From positions 323,776-387,775 of the forward strand of contig NMRA01000344.1 of NCBI GenBank assembly GCA_002633005.1: a DNA stretch of 64,000 nucleotides, read 5' to 3'. Position 1 is the first letter of the stretch, and each line of letters opens with the position of its first letter. Shown here piece after piece: positions 12,650 to 24,935 of this stretch. The notes below the pieces were generated by a model that did no database searches, was not told the DNA's origin, and saw nothing but the letters and a program-made list of their open reading frames with translations. Both the position numbers and the translations under genes were made by a program. The stretch comes from Phoronis australis. Lineage: Eukaryota > Animalia > Phoronida.

Positions 12650-12737
12650 ACTTATCTCTATCGATAGACATATCCTTATCGATAGACTTATCTCTGTCGA
12701 TAAATCTTTACAGACTGATTAATCTCCATCGATAAAT
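12650..12737. repeat. ~17-bp degenerate tandem repeat with ATCGAT cores
   Basis: acttatctctatcgatag / acatatccttatcgatag / acttatctctgtcgataa / ...tccatcgataa. Confidence 0.7.
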
Positions 12738-13183
12738 TCATTAAGTTAATACATATATTCGTCCATTCTAGCAATAGAGTTGCTGAAATTTTGGCGACTT
12801 AAGAAAAGAGTTCGATTGGATTGGCTTGCTGAATGGAGACGGTTGCGCAACCGATTTCCTCTATGGGCATGCTACAAGGTGCCCTTTCTCCTCTCCCTGT
12901 TCGAGGATGTATTGGAAATGATTTACAAAATGTACAGGACTCCAGCTGATTCTCGTTGCAGTAACCGCACTAATTAACAAACCGGAAGAACGATTTAATG
13001 TATTCTGATCTTCACGTGACTTTGTCAAAAACGAAAAGAGCATCCTTCGAAAACTGGTATGAGAAAGCAAAGTGGAAACTATTTGGCGAAACCGAGCAAG
13101 CAAATTCACAATATAATTATACATGGACTAAGTTTATTCCCAAAGTCACTAAACAATTTAATCAGCATTACATGGTGAGATAA

Positions 13184-13620
13184 AGTAGATTTTTTTCTAA
13201 AAATTCACAAAATAACCGTTAAAGGGCAGAAGTTTTCGAAAGTCGACGTTGAGTGCTTCCTTCTTTAGTGTGACCCTGTGACGTTGTGGGAGTCACGATG
13301 ATGTCATAGACGCAGGAACCGTTTCTGTTCATGACATTGGATTCTTTTCTAATGCAGATGGATTCCCTTAATCTTCTTTTCCAGTGTCACTTTGACTATC
13401 AACTATTTTTGCCGTGGTGTCAGTGTCGCTTGAGGAGAATCGCGTCAACACGGCTCTGTCGGACAGTGGTTATCCTAAATGGGCGTTTGACAAAGTCTAT
13501 AAAAGAATGGAATAACCGAGAGCTACTTCTGATGAGTAAAGTCGTGATCATAAGAATATGATTGTGATCCCTTACATGAAAGTCAGGTTGATTTTCTGAA
13601 TTTTAGAAGAAATTTCTACT
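13184..13620. mobile_element. Rearranged (inverted) Penelope-like retroelement remnant
   Basis: Minus strand 13290-13415 encodes AKIVDSQS/WKRRLRESICIRKESNVMNRNG (GIY-YIG C-terminus); plus strand 13430-13581 encodes EENRVNTALSDSGYPKWAFDK...MIVIPYMK (post-RT linker, with stops); ~34-bp inverted ends at 13184-13217 and 13586-13620. Confidence 0.75.
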
Positions 13621-14739
13621 CTATTTATTCCCAAAGATGTACTTATGAAGGCATGAAAACACTAGGTGACAAAGCAGCAAAGACTATCTCTGTATTAAAA
13701 AGCACAAGACTTAACATACTGACATCCTTGAGCAAATACAGCTCATTATGTTTGGCGCAAAGTATTACCTATTATACTGCATATATGTGAGATTTTGAGT
13801 GTTCATTAAGCGCTGAAATCCTACACAGTGGAGAGGAAAACCTGGTGAAATGACAATGAAGATGTCTTGGTAAGGGCTGTTATCGAGAGTATCAACTTAC
13901 CATTGTTATGTTAGGTTAGTGTATGTCATATAATAATGAGAGAAATGATATATTTATTTACTACCGTAACAGTGACCAGCATAGTTTACAATTTTATAAT
14001 CGAGACAATTTACTTAATTATTCAAAACCACTTGAGGTTATTAATCACTTTGACGACGGAATGGATAGATATGCATAGTTACAAGGAAGCATCCCGCGTT
14101 CATAAGATAACGTAGCGTGTTTACATACCGTCGCGTACGATTTGGAATTATTTGAGGATGACATATCGTAGCCATTGCCTCCTTGATCATAAGCGAACTT
14201 AAACAATGTATCTTTGACCTTGATACCCAGGATTGGAAGAACAGCCTACTTGTTATAGTTAAAGATTGAATGTATTACGTGATTATAGAATAGTTCAAAC
14301 ACCAGCCCCTTAGGATCAAGATAATCGAAGCATTGGTATTAATGAAGACGAGAATATATCCCTGTTGTAACAATGATAAAGTTAAACCAGAAATACACTG
14401 ACTTCTGAAATGTAATATATATTCAAATTTGAATGCGTAACTGTTACCGAGATTGAATAACGTGAACGTAATTTCTGCAGACTCAGTTCGTTTGTACATT
14501 TTAAATTCATCAACTTGCTTGTAACCTCGGGTTACTTTCAGCCGCCAAAGAATATGTACGTCAAGGAAATCCACGCATTTTTAATGCAAAAAAACACAAA
14601 TCAAACAAGGTATAAGAATACGCCGACCTTGTTTTGAAGAGTTGGCCTGTTATACAATACTAAGGCACGAATGTCAGCATCAGACTGACTGATCGGAGCA
14701 CTCTTGTAAGCGACAACAGTGACACACTGCGCCACTTTC

Positions 14740-16887
14740 TCAAGTTCTTAACATCGCTTTAATCTTAAAGCCCGGAGGGATTAGCGACACATTCAGAGAA
14801 AACTTCCTGGGGTCACAAGACGGCATACTGTGTTGTTCTTCTGGAAGCAGTTGAAACTTTTGAATAATCGACGTCACAAAGAGCACGAGACGTGTGAGCG
14901 CCAAATTCTCACCAAAGCAGCTTCTACGGCCCGCGCCAAACGCGTAGAATGATCGTCGGCTTGGATGATCGGGCGGTACCAGATTCCCTTCACCGTCGAG
15001 AAATCTACTCGGTCTGAACGTCCATGGGTCAGCATACAATGCCGGATCGTGATGAACCTTCCAGACATTACAGAGAACGTCTGTGTCTTTCGGTACTTGG
15101 AACCCGCCGACTGTGGTGTCCTCCATAGTGCAATGCGGTAGCAATACAGGGTTCATTGTGAAATACCGTAAAACCTCATGCACAACCGCCTCACAGTACG
15201 GCATTCGGCTGCGATCTTCGGGTTTAGGAAGCCTGTCTTCACCGACGACACCAATTACCTCTTCGTAAATCGCCTGCTGAACGTCCGGAAAGTTCACCAA
15301 TAGGAGAATGGTGTAGTAGAGTGAGTTGGACGTCGTAAAGGTTGCCGACAACAAAAAGTCCATTATAATGGCCTTTATGTCGGTGTCAGTGTATGGATCC
15401 AAAGCGTTGTCTTCCATTTGACTAGCGAATAAACCGTCGAAAATACTTTGGGCGTCTGACGAGCTGAAGGAGCTTTTTAAGATGTTGAAGTGTTTGTCCA
15501 CAAATTCATCACGTAACTTTACAATGTCATTCATTTTCTTAACGACAGGCAATCCAAAATGTCTAAGCCAGGGAAAGTTATTGATTAAGGCGCTTTCTGT
15601 TGGATGCAGAACTTCAACAAAGCGCTGCGTAAAGTCAATGACTGCTTTCCCATCGGTTTTATCTAACCGTTCACCGAGAATTAACGAACAAGTGATATTN
15701 GCATACAATGCCGGATCGTGATGAACCTTCCAGACATTACAGAGAACGTCTGTGTCTTTCGGGACTTGGAACCCGCCGACTGTGGTGTCCTCCATAGTGC
15801 AATGCGGTAGCAATACAGGGTTCATTGTGAAATACCGTAAAACCTCATGCACAACTGCCTCACAGTACGGCATTCGGCTGCGATCTTCGGGTTTAGGAAG
15901 CCTGTCTTCACCGACGACACCAATTACCTCTTCGTAAATCGCTTGCTGAACGTCCGGAAAATTCACCAATAGAAGAATGGTGTAGTAGAGTGAGTTGGAC
16001 GTCGTAAAGGTTGCCGACAACAAGAAGTCCATTATAATGGCCTTTATGTCGGTGTCAGTATATGGATCCAAAGCGTTGTCTTCCATTTGACTAGCGAATA
16101 AACCGTCGAAAATACTCTGGGCGTCTGACGAGCTGAAGGAGCTTTTTAAGATGTTGAAGTGTTTGTCCACAAATTCATCACGTAACTTTACAATGTCATT
16201 CATTTTCTTAACGACAGGCAATCCAAAATGCCTAAGCCAGGGAAAGTTATTGATTAAGGCGCTTTCTGTTGGATGCAGAACTTCAACAAAGCGCTGCGTA
16301 AAGTCAATGACTGCTTTCCCATCGGTTTTATCTAACCGTTCACCGAGAATTAACGAACAAGTGATATTAAATATAGTCGAGTTCAACAATGGTCTACAGT
16401 CAAATGGCATTCTTTCATAATCAGCAAAGCTTCTCAATAGATCGTCAACTTCTTCTAATATCAAATTCTCTAGTTTTACGAAGCCAACACCGTGTGACTT
16501 CATTACCGATGTAGCCACTTTTCGTAGGCGGAGCATTTTCGGCGTGTAGCTCTGAAACACAATGTCCTGTGAACCATAAGCTAATACATCCGTCACAAAG
16601 CTTGGTGGCCTGCCCGCAAAGGCGGCACTCTTTCTGACTAGTGCTTCGTGTACTGTGTCCACACTGCTCAACACAACTGTATTACGACCGAGAATGTTCA
16701 GCGTGTAGACATCACCAAATTCTTCGGCCCACTTAGTCAAAGTCTTGTGAGTGGTCGACGGCTCTAGCTGGTGCGCATTCCCAATAAAAGGCAACTGTTT
16801 CGGGCCTGGTATATGGTGAAGTATAGACGAGTACTTCTTCCACGCTATGTACATACACAGAACGATGACGCCTGCAATAAGGATCAT
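14740..16887 (-). CDS. Cytochrome P450, clan 2 (CYP17/CYP1/CYP2-like), intronless CDS; true protein ~492 aa after removing the assembly duplication
   Basis: N-terminal TM anchor, PGPKQLPFIGN hinge, FAGRP, ExxR (EVLR), FRPSRF, heme motif FGAGRRSCFG; first ATG at 16887; 223 codons are duplicated across the N at 15700. Confidence 0.93.
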   Translation of the reverse strand: MILIAGVIVLCMYIAWKKYSSILHHIPGPKQLPFIGNAHQLEPSTTHKTLTKWAEEFGDVYTLNILGRNTVVLSSVDTVHEALVRKSAAFAGRPPSFVTDVLAYGSQDIVFQSYTPKMLRLRKVATSVMKSHGVGFVKLENLILEEVDDLLRSFADYERMPFDCRPLLNSTIFNITCSLILGERLDKTDGKAVIDFTQRFVEVLHPTESALINNFPWLRHFGLPVVKKMNDIVKLRDEFVDKHFNILKSSFSSSDAQSIFDGLFASQMEDNALDPYTDTDIKAIIMDFLLSATFTTSNSLYYTILLLVNFPDVQQAIYEEVIGVVGEDRLPKPEDRSRMPYCEAVVHEVLRYFTMNPVLLPHCTMEDTTVGGFQVPKDTDVLCNVWKVHHDPALYXNITCSLILGERLDKTDGKAVIDFTQRFVEVLHPTESALINNFPWLRHFGLPVVKKMNDIVKLRDEFVDKHFNILKSSFSSSDAQSIFDGLFASQMEDNALDPYTDTDIKAIIMDFLLSATFTTSNSLYYTILLLVNFPDVQQAIYEEVIGVVGEDRLPKPEDRSRMPYCEAVVHEVLRYFTMNPVLLPHCTMEDTTVGGFQVPKDTDVLCNVWKVHHDPALYADPWTFRPSRFLDGEGNLVPPDHPSRRSFYAFGAGRRSCFGENLALTRLVLFVTSIIQKFQLLPEEQHSMPSCDPRKFSLNVSLIPPGFKIKAMLRT
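15032..16368. other. Assembly artefact: 668-bp haplotype overlap duplicated across a single N
   Basis: 15032-15699 matches 15701-16368 with ~9 substitutions, all synonymous; junction is exactly at N15700. Confidence 0.88.
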
Positions 16888-16955
16888 GGTGCTATTCACC
16901 AGCAATGGCTAAAGGCAGACAGTCCGATTTTATCAACTCGGACGGGGTAGCTGAC

Positions 16956-17181
16956 CTGGAGAGCTGTTATGAAAGAAAGCGAGTTTTAAGGTACGTCAGC
17001 TGCAGCAGGTTGAGTCCATTTACACGGGGTGACAATAATATAGCTCGTCAATTGTGAAACACGGCTAATGACCACCTTTGTGCACACCATACTTGACAGT
17101 CGGAGATGTGTGTCTGTGCGTTTGGGCACTATTTTGCGAGTCGTATTTACGATGGATGGATATAACATATTCCTCACTTAC
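16956..17181 (-). other. Possible 5'UTR intron of the P450
   Basis: Minus-strand donor gc|gtaagtgagg at 17181 and pyrimidine-rich acceptor ctttctttcataacagctctccag| at 16956. Confidence 0.4.
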
Positions 17182-20070
17182 GCCGCAACATTGTAATTTA
17201 AACGGTGTATGCATCGATGATTAGAGCGTGTTTTTGAATCCCGGCACAAGTTACATAATTCTCAACGTCGGGTGTTTTCTAGGAGTTGGACGATACACAT
17301 TTTTTAGATTTGATTTCACCAAATTTCTACGTTGTCCAGTTTATTATACCTACGCTGCAACAAAACTAGTAAAGTATTGTAGTAAAATTGAGTCTCAAAC
17401 GAAAGTAGTCAAACAAAATACCGTTTACCCGTCAAGACGCCCAATTCGGTAACACCAAAAAATGACCGGTAATAACTATTATTTGGGCAAGATTATGATT
17501 ACAGAATGGCTTAATCATATTCAGTTACTAGCTTATTGTTCAATTCCCATTCATTCTAAGTCACGAGGGAAAACTATTCTGATAATGAATTTGGGGTCAG
17601 CCCAGCCCTTTCGGCGGGCAATTGCGGATCATTTTGTCTAAATGCTTTCGATAGGTAGTGTAGTAGATCGGTTCTTTGACTACCATGTAGTATGCTAGGT
17701 TTGAAGGATTTGGAGTGTAGGGGACTTTAATTAGGCCGGTCACCACACCAACAAAAGCGGAATACCAACTAAGAGCGACAAGTCTAATTTGCTGAGTTTA
17801 TCTGTTCCTCGATCATCACTTACATCACCCACTGTAATAAAGCATGAATACTGGACACTAAAAATCTGTATGCTCAGAATTTTATACTTACTATGCATGC
17901 TACTCAATGAAATCCGTATAGAACAAATCTTTGGAGACCTTCATTCACTTGATCACATGAAATTGCGGACAAAAATTTCAAAAACACCAAATTACGAATT
18001 CAAGGATGCTATTTAGTGACGTCATGGTAAACGGTCTTCATACACATCCGGATTTTTGACGGTCGCTCCGAAGCAATTCTGTGAATTTGTTCTCATCTCT
18101 CATGAATGTTATTTGAACGCACCTCACACAATTTAGGGACAATGTGAACGTGGCTTAGTAAAATAAGGTTATTCGTAACCGAAGAACCACCCATATTTCT
18201 GACGTAACCCCACAGCGAAATCCTGCAGTTGCCCATAGGTGATTTCCAGTGATAAACGTGCGGTCAGACACCTCAGACATCGGAAATCTCCGTCAAAGCC
18301 GAGTGTCCGCTGTGCTTCAACAAAGATTAGGATCTTTCACTGAAGCAAAGGATAAGAGAAACACGTGGGCACGAGACAACTTTGGTGCAAGTCTTACATT
18401 CTAGTGAAACTGCTACTCATGCAATTGAACAACTTGCAACCAAAAGATATCATAGCTATTATGTTAGGAACATATTTCTAATTCGCTCGTGGCAACAAAG
18501 AGTTTGACAGGCAATTTCGTACCGTTTTCAAGAGATGTGTAAAGGAAAAATGGCCTTTTATCACCAGCCCAAATTTTAGTTGTCTCGTTCACAACTACAC
18601 CCAACTTTACGTCATGTAACCTGAAAAACGTGCGGATTCATTGGTGATGCTACATCAAATGTAACACTTAGAACTAAGACCACAAATGTCAAGTCACTAT
18701 ACAGCTTTCCACAAGATAGGATACAAATAATCTGCTGAGATACCATTGAATGGAGAATGGACAAAGGACAAATTGAAACTTGACGCTAATGAAAGCCACC
18801 ACTAAAGTAAGTTTATACTTAGCCAAGTCTACTCTGGTTTAATTGTTGTCCTTCAATTGTGTCTCAAAATCAAGTAAATCATTACCAATGTTGCCAAGGT
18901 CAACGAACCTAATTTCTAGTCGCTGTTCTTATCGAATACCAGAGTTGAGTTAATCTTATCTCGTCTTGTAACAAAGTGGAAAACTGGGATCTTCCATCGT
19001 GGAAACTTTAATTTCTCTTTGCATTTGCTTAAGTGCTTCACCCTGAAAGCCAGTCCTCACTTTAAAAACTCCAACGCAGTCCTATAACGTACGTTGTGAC
19101 GGTAGTTTGATAAAACCGGCAGAGCGCATATGCAGCAGATGATTTCAACTTCATGCTGAGGGACCATCTCACAATCATGGGATGCTACAACATACTTTTG
19201 GAATCCTTGGCCTCGAATGCCTTCCTCTGTTACTCCCAAAATATGGCCATGAACGAGCGACTCTCAAACGAATTTCTTTTCAATTCATCTAACATTCGTG
19301 TATTTATGTGGCAGTGCGGTAATGGGACTGAGGGAGCCCAGCGCCCTCTCTAGTTAGGACTTTGGAGGAAAGGTATGCAAAGGTGCTTTTTGGGGACGTC
19401 AAATTACTTGGGCGCCATGTAGCACTTTTGGAGCTAGTCAAAAATCCGTTTGTAAAAAGCAACAAAAAAAAACAACGCTGTATGATGCATTCTTAGACTT
19501 GGCTCCCTAGTAAATGGATGCCAAACCGCCACTGTTTGTTCACGACTAAACGTTTTACAGTTGCAAGTTGATTGAGTGTTTTGAAAGAAGTAGTTTTATG
19601 GTGAATGAAAATCCAGTTGATGTTAATGACAACTTTTTTGACGTGGAACTTTTTCGGCCATGACATCAAAGACTGGCAAAGTGAGAGATTAGAAAGAGAC
19701 GAGCAAGGAGAAGGCAGGGAAACAGCTGAACGTGAGAAATTGCCTAATGTCAAAATGGACGATATTTATAACGCTGCAAGCTGAGATGACACTTTAATTT
19801 AACGTTTTCAGGACATGCAAGACGCCAGGAATTATACCACTATTGCCATCAGTACATAGTTCTAAGCAGTTTGGCCTGGTTTAGACAATGTATATTTTAT
19901 CTGTCTTGTAATCAACATGTGAAAAACCCTGGTGGTTTTCTCCAGGCTGTAGTATCGTGGTCACTTTTACAAGCATGTGCGGCGTGCATTTCAGTGTATG
20001 TAGCGCAGCACACAGTGAATCAATGTTGAGTAATCTGACAGAGGTTGGATGTGAATGTCGTTATGAACTA

Positions 20071-20294
20071 TTGTAACTAAAGGTAGGCATATACAAATTA
20101 TTCAAAATATCATTTTGTAACTAAAGGAAGGCATATATAAATTATTCACAATATCATTTTTTAACTAAAGGTAGGAGTATACAAGCTATTCACAATATCA
20201 TTTTGTAACTTAAGGTAGGCATATATAAGTTATTCACAATATCATTCTGTAACTAAAGATAGATATATAAAAGTTATTCACAATATCATTTTGT
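20071..20294. repeat. 44-bp minisatellite, 5 copies
   Basis: Unit ttgtaactaaaggtaggcatatacaaattattcacaatatcatt starts at 20071, 20115, 20159, 20203 and 20247. Confidence 0.92.
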
Positions 20295-22039
20295 GGTCAA
20301 GTACAATTGCTACGCCTGTCATATATCGGAAAACTACATATTTTCCAATCATCAGGATTCATGTAAAAATAAATCTTTAAGTTTATCGTCGTTTAGGATC
20401 AAAACTAGCTTTCGTGCCAAGCAGACAAATGATAAGATGTTAATTACAAAATTCCTCCTAAGAAGAACGTGTGTGGTTTAACGAAAATCCTTCCTTTTTT
20501 ACGTGAAGTGTTCTTTCATAGAAATGAATCTGAGTCGATCTCAAAAGAGGACAAGAGCAGCAGAGAAGAAACAGAAAATCACCAAAGTTTCAAAATAACT
20601 TTTGGGTTTAACAGACCTCATCAGCCGCCAGTCTTACTCCTCCGGGTAAAGTGTCCAGCCATCATTTCCAATCACTTAGTTCGCCCTAAACTTACCAATC
20701 GTTTCAGTGCCTGCCATAGCAGCAGAGAACGTTCCAGGAGACAACAAAAGCGTTTACACCCCAACCTATCGTGCACTGTTAACGATATTGAGACTACAGA
20801 ATTATGGTAAAGGAATGGCGGTTTTGAGACATCCAGTTGAGGTAACAAAATACAGAAAATTTGAATCTCATACTGGAATTTGCTTACTAGAGTTAGCGAC
20901 GTTGCGTCCGTCTCTCATGGACTTCAGCTTGGTCAGTGATGTTATTATTATTCTGGCAAATAGGTGGCGTTTTAACCAGACGGCGTGGCATTGAGGTCAG
21001 GACACTATCTAATAAGTGTGAGAGATGGAACCTTAAACCTCCTCGTTTATTCAGGGAGGGACTCTCGATGCGTTCACGGGGAGCTTCCTTGACACCCCTT
21101 CTGAACCAATCTTCCTCACAGTTTCTGTATTTTTAAGGAATTCTGGATTCATAATGGCCTTTCATCGTTCCAGAATAGTGTAACCTTTAAAATGTGTGGA
21201 GAATGCGCACAGGAGCTAAAGATGAGAAAACTAACTCTGGTATTTATCAATCTGTGTATTCACACTGTTGTCAAAATTGTTTGTCCTATATCTGGATCAA
21301 AATAGCACCATTGTTTGCAATGACTGAGAAAGAAACACAATGCTGACCCTGATGTTTCATACAAAATTGAATCGGCCACGTGCCATTGCACGATTAGACC
21401 CTTTCCAGAGAGATATTGCAGCAATACCACCAACGTGTTACAAAGTGGACAACGTGGTCTTTCTACATTCGATCGTTACATGTAGGTGGCGCATTGTAGT
21501 TTTGCAGAGTTTTGGCTGCCAACGCAGCCCTAGAGTGGAGATGGGTCCTTCCCTCACGTCCTTATCAAGAGTCTGAAAAAAGGTTTTGTAGCATTCCGAA
21601 CTCACAAGCACTACTCATGATAACTGAAACTGAATAATGCTACAGACTTTTAATCAGTTAATTTACATCAAAAATATCGTTGCATAACAACTGTACTTAC
21701 AACACTTCAAATGCGAAATGATCAGATCTTTACGAATGCTGCCAATGCAGTGGTGACTCCGGATGTCCAAATTCACACTACAAACATGAACATATGCCAA
21801 GGCTTTGGAATCGTTTGGTTCTAATGGATGAAAACAGAATTGCAAAAAGTCTTTTTACGTGACCTTAAACATCGGAACTTGCAATTGGTCAAGTTCAATG
21901 TTTAATATTATGGAGTAATACGATTTTTTAAAGAAAATTTCAGGAACAAACACACCGTGTCTCTCGAAAGCTTCAAAGCATTCAGTTTCCAGTTAGATGA
22001 TTAAGAATAATCACTGAGAAACTAAAACTGTGCTTATAC

Positions 22040-22521
22040 ATATCTGTTAAAAATGACTATTGTGTAGAAGAGAATTTACTTTTGCCGGTGTCTCAGAGGT
22101 CCGTCATAGCTTGATTGAGAGCAGGTATTCTACCATTAGGTGGGTCGGTACTGCGGAATTCCTGTGAATGAACGGAAATGTCGTGTTTGTAAAAACCGAA
22201 TTGAATATGAAGTTCATTTCATCTTTGACTGTGAAAAATATACTCATATTCTACAATTTTTATATGGGGTTTAGCCCTATCTCAAATATTCCAAAATGAC
22301 TTGACAAGTCTAGCAAAATTCATTCAAGACGCTTTGCAGGTTAGAAGTAATTACTTGTTTGTAAACTAGTCTGAAGTTGTCAGATTTGAGTGTATACTGT
22401 ATGTTATGTAATGTTTAATTGTTATTATGAGACTGAGGCTGAGGGGTGTGGTGCATATTCTGTATTTGAGATCATGTATTTACTGGCAACTTTGTGTCAC
22501 TATAATAAATAAATAATAATA
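22040..22521 (+). mobile_element. 5'-truncated LINE 3' end (RTEX-like CCHC domain), degenerate
   Basis: Broken frame QRSVIA*LRAGILPL..RYCGIPVNERKCRVCKNRIEYEVHFIFDCEKY; ends in an (AAT/AAAT) tail at 22501-22521. Confidence 0.75.
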
Positions 22522-24687
22522 GATACAACTGCTGTTCATATTTTACTTCCTATCGAAAACAATGCTGAAAGGAATTTGAAAATAATAGTAGAACGACTAT
22601 GCTATTTAAACGATGTGATGAAGATTTGAACTATTATACTGGCAGCTGAAAGTCTTGTCAGTACTTGATTTGAAATCGCGACGTAACTTCATGACAATAC
22701 GCAAACAGTGAAACACTAAATGATAACTGATCAACCGTTGACTCAGATAAACCATGTTTCACAAAAACACTATTGAAAACAGAGAAGATATCCGAAGGCA
22801 TCCCAATACGAGATGGAAGGTACCATTTTGTTTTCACGGTGGGCACCAATTACTGGTATGGTAATTAACAAGTAGGAACACTTCGTATCACGATTTTTAA
22901 TTTGTCATCGTATGGAATACTCCTCTTTGTTGGAACTTGCATGAATCCTTCACCAAAAATGACCAAACAAACGACGCAGACAACAACGATCAATCGAATA
23001 CGAGATAACTTCATTTGTATTTAGATAAAATTCCCCCGCCTATAAAATACACATCTCAATTGAGGTTTTTGACATTTTAATGGTTACAAGGTTACCACAG
23101 TTCGTCCCAGGAATAGTTACTGAATCTATTATATAGTTATTGCGAGGCAATGGATCAATGATATATTTGTGCAAGTGAAATATTTTTGTTTTAAACAAAG
23201 AGCAACATTTGATGGAGAAGACAAACAAAGCAAACTGTCTGCACTCTACAACGTGATCTTCCCAAAACATACTCACGTTTCTTTCTAACAGTTTTCCAAC
23301 TTCAAATTTGCAGACCGCCAATTTTATTTGGTGAGCTAGTGCTGGGGTTGAAACGTTTTCAATGCTAGAGTTTCCGTCGGCGTCCCAAGGATTTCCCGTT
23401 GCTCATTGCATTTAGTCCAGTGAAACACGATGGGGCTTGAAATACGGTGAAGATGGCCTAGTTGAGCTGACAATATAGCCTAAGTGAGAAGAAGCTTTGC
23501 AACTATAGGTGTTCTAAATGCCCCCGTCAGCGTCTAATCACAACTCGACACGTACTTTCTAATTGAAAATCGAGCTACTCTATGAAATCATAGACTATAT
23601 TAGTTGTCTATAATCTATAATGAAATACATCCGTCGAGAGCGAAATGAACACACTGCCGAGAAAAAAAAAACTTAAGAACATTCTTTTTTTTAGCAGCGC
23701 GTGTTACGACGTTCGTCCGCGATGAAATTGTACAGGTTTATGCAAAGTTTCAGGTCCTAGCTCAACTAAACAAAAGTATTGATAAAAATTTTGGGATCTG
23801 TTTCGGGGAAATCACCCTGTACAAAAGTACTGAAAATAAACGTTTCTTCTGTAGACATATTACCTAACCCGAAAACGCGCTTTTTGACGCAGAATGTGCC
23901 AGTCAAGGGTTCTTGTTTCATCTGTTGGAAGTCGTTTACATTTCGTTTACTTACGGCTGGCCACACCATGCCAGCATGGTCACCACAGAACTGGATGTGT
24001 ACAAATCCACGTTGCTGTTGGGCGACTTGCACTCTACAGAAAACTGCGCAGGCGCAGATGTGACCGAGTGGCCTACCTAACTTACACCCATGGAAAAAAT
24101 GAAGTTTCGCTAATGTAGAAAAAAACGCATTCAAGTTTTCACTTTGGTCGCATAGTAAAATACTGAGTATTTATAAATAAACCTCAGTGCATGGAATCGG
24201 GAGCTATGGAAGTGGCTAAACATTTTATCCACGACACTCTGTCAAGGGGATGTCCATTTTGAAAATCAGGCAACACCCATATTTGCAGACACTTATAAAC
24301 CGTAGTGAGCCCAGAGACACACAGTCGAATAAATAAACACCGAGTGGTATTACTGATTCAAATGCTCCAGTTTAACTACAGTGTTAAAGGATACTATCCT
24401 TTTTACGGCCCAAAACGCATTTTTAAGATTATAAATGTATGACATAGACTCTCAGAAGTCATTAAACTTGACTAGAGTTATAATGTAACAAACACAATAT
24501 TCAGCGTGTTTGAGATTTTATTACAAATTGTCAATTCTACATGGTTGACCTAATCGAGCACGAAAACCGGCGACTTGACTAGTTAAGGTGGTTGTATGCG
24601 ATGGATTTTGGATTTTTGACAGTTTTTGAATATTTATATTGTTTAAAAGTTTGATTGTTCATTTGCATGTTCATGACAAAATGAATT

Positions 24688-24935
24688 CATGCGCGCACCT
24701 AGATTTTAAAAAGAGGGGGTCGAATTTCTGACGAAGTGGACTTTTTCCTGACAAAAAAGCGGGAGGACTAAAAACGGGGTACCATATTCAGGACTGTGAA
24801 ATGTGCGTCTGAGCCTTTTTATTGGACTTTTGTCTCGAACGTTTTGTTTCTATGAAGCGGACCTTTTTGTCCACTTCGCCAAATGGGGGGGGGGGGCTCG
24901 TTTGAGCCTCCCGAGCCCCCGTGGGTGCGCGCATG
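24688..24935. mobile_element. hAT-like MITE, family A copy 2
   Basis: TIR CATGCGCGCACC / GGTGCGCGCATG; flanks gaatt/gaata; colinear with 6164-6407. Confidence 0.85.

Noticed and set aside
14740-16905. Novel P450 with a duplicated core domain
   Set aside because: The duplication junction is exactly an N and the copies differ only by synonymous SNPs, indicating an assembly overlap.
23766-24134. Overlapping 74-122 aa ORFs
   Set aside because: No recognisable motifs or splice context; the region looks like a non-autonomous repeat interior.
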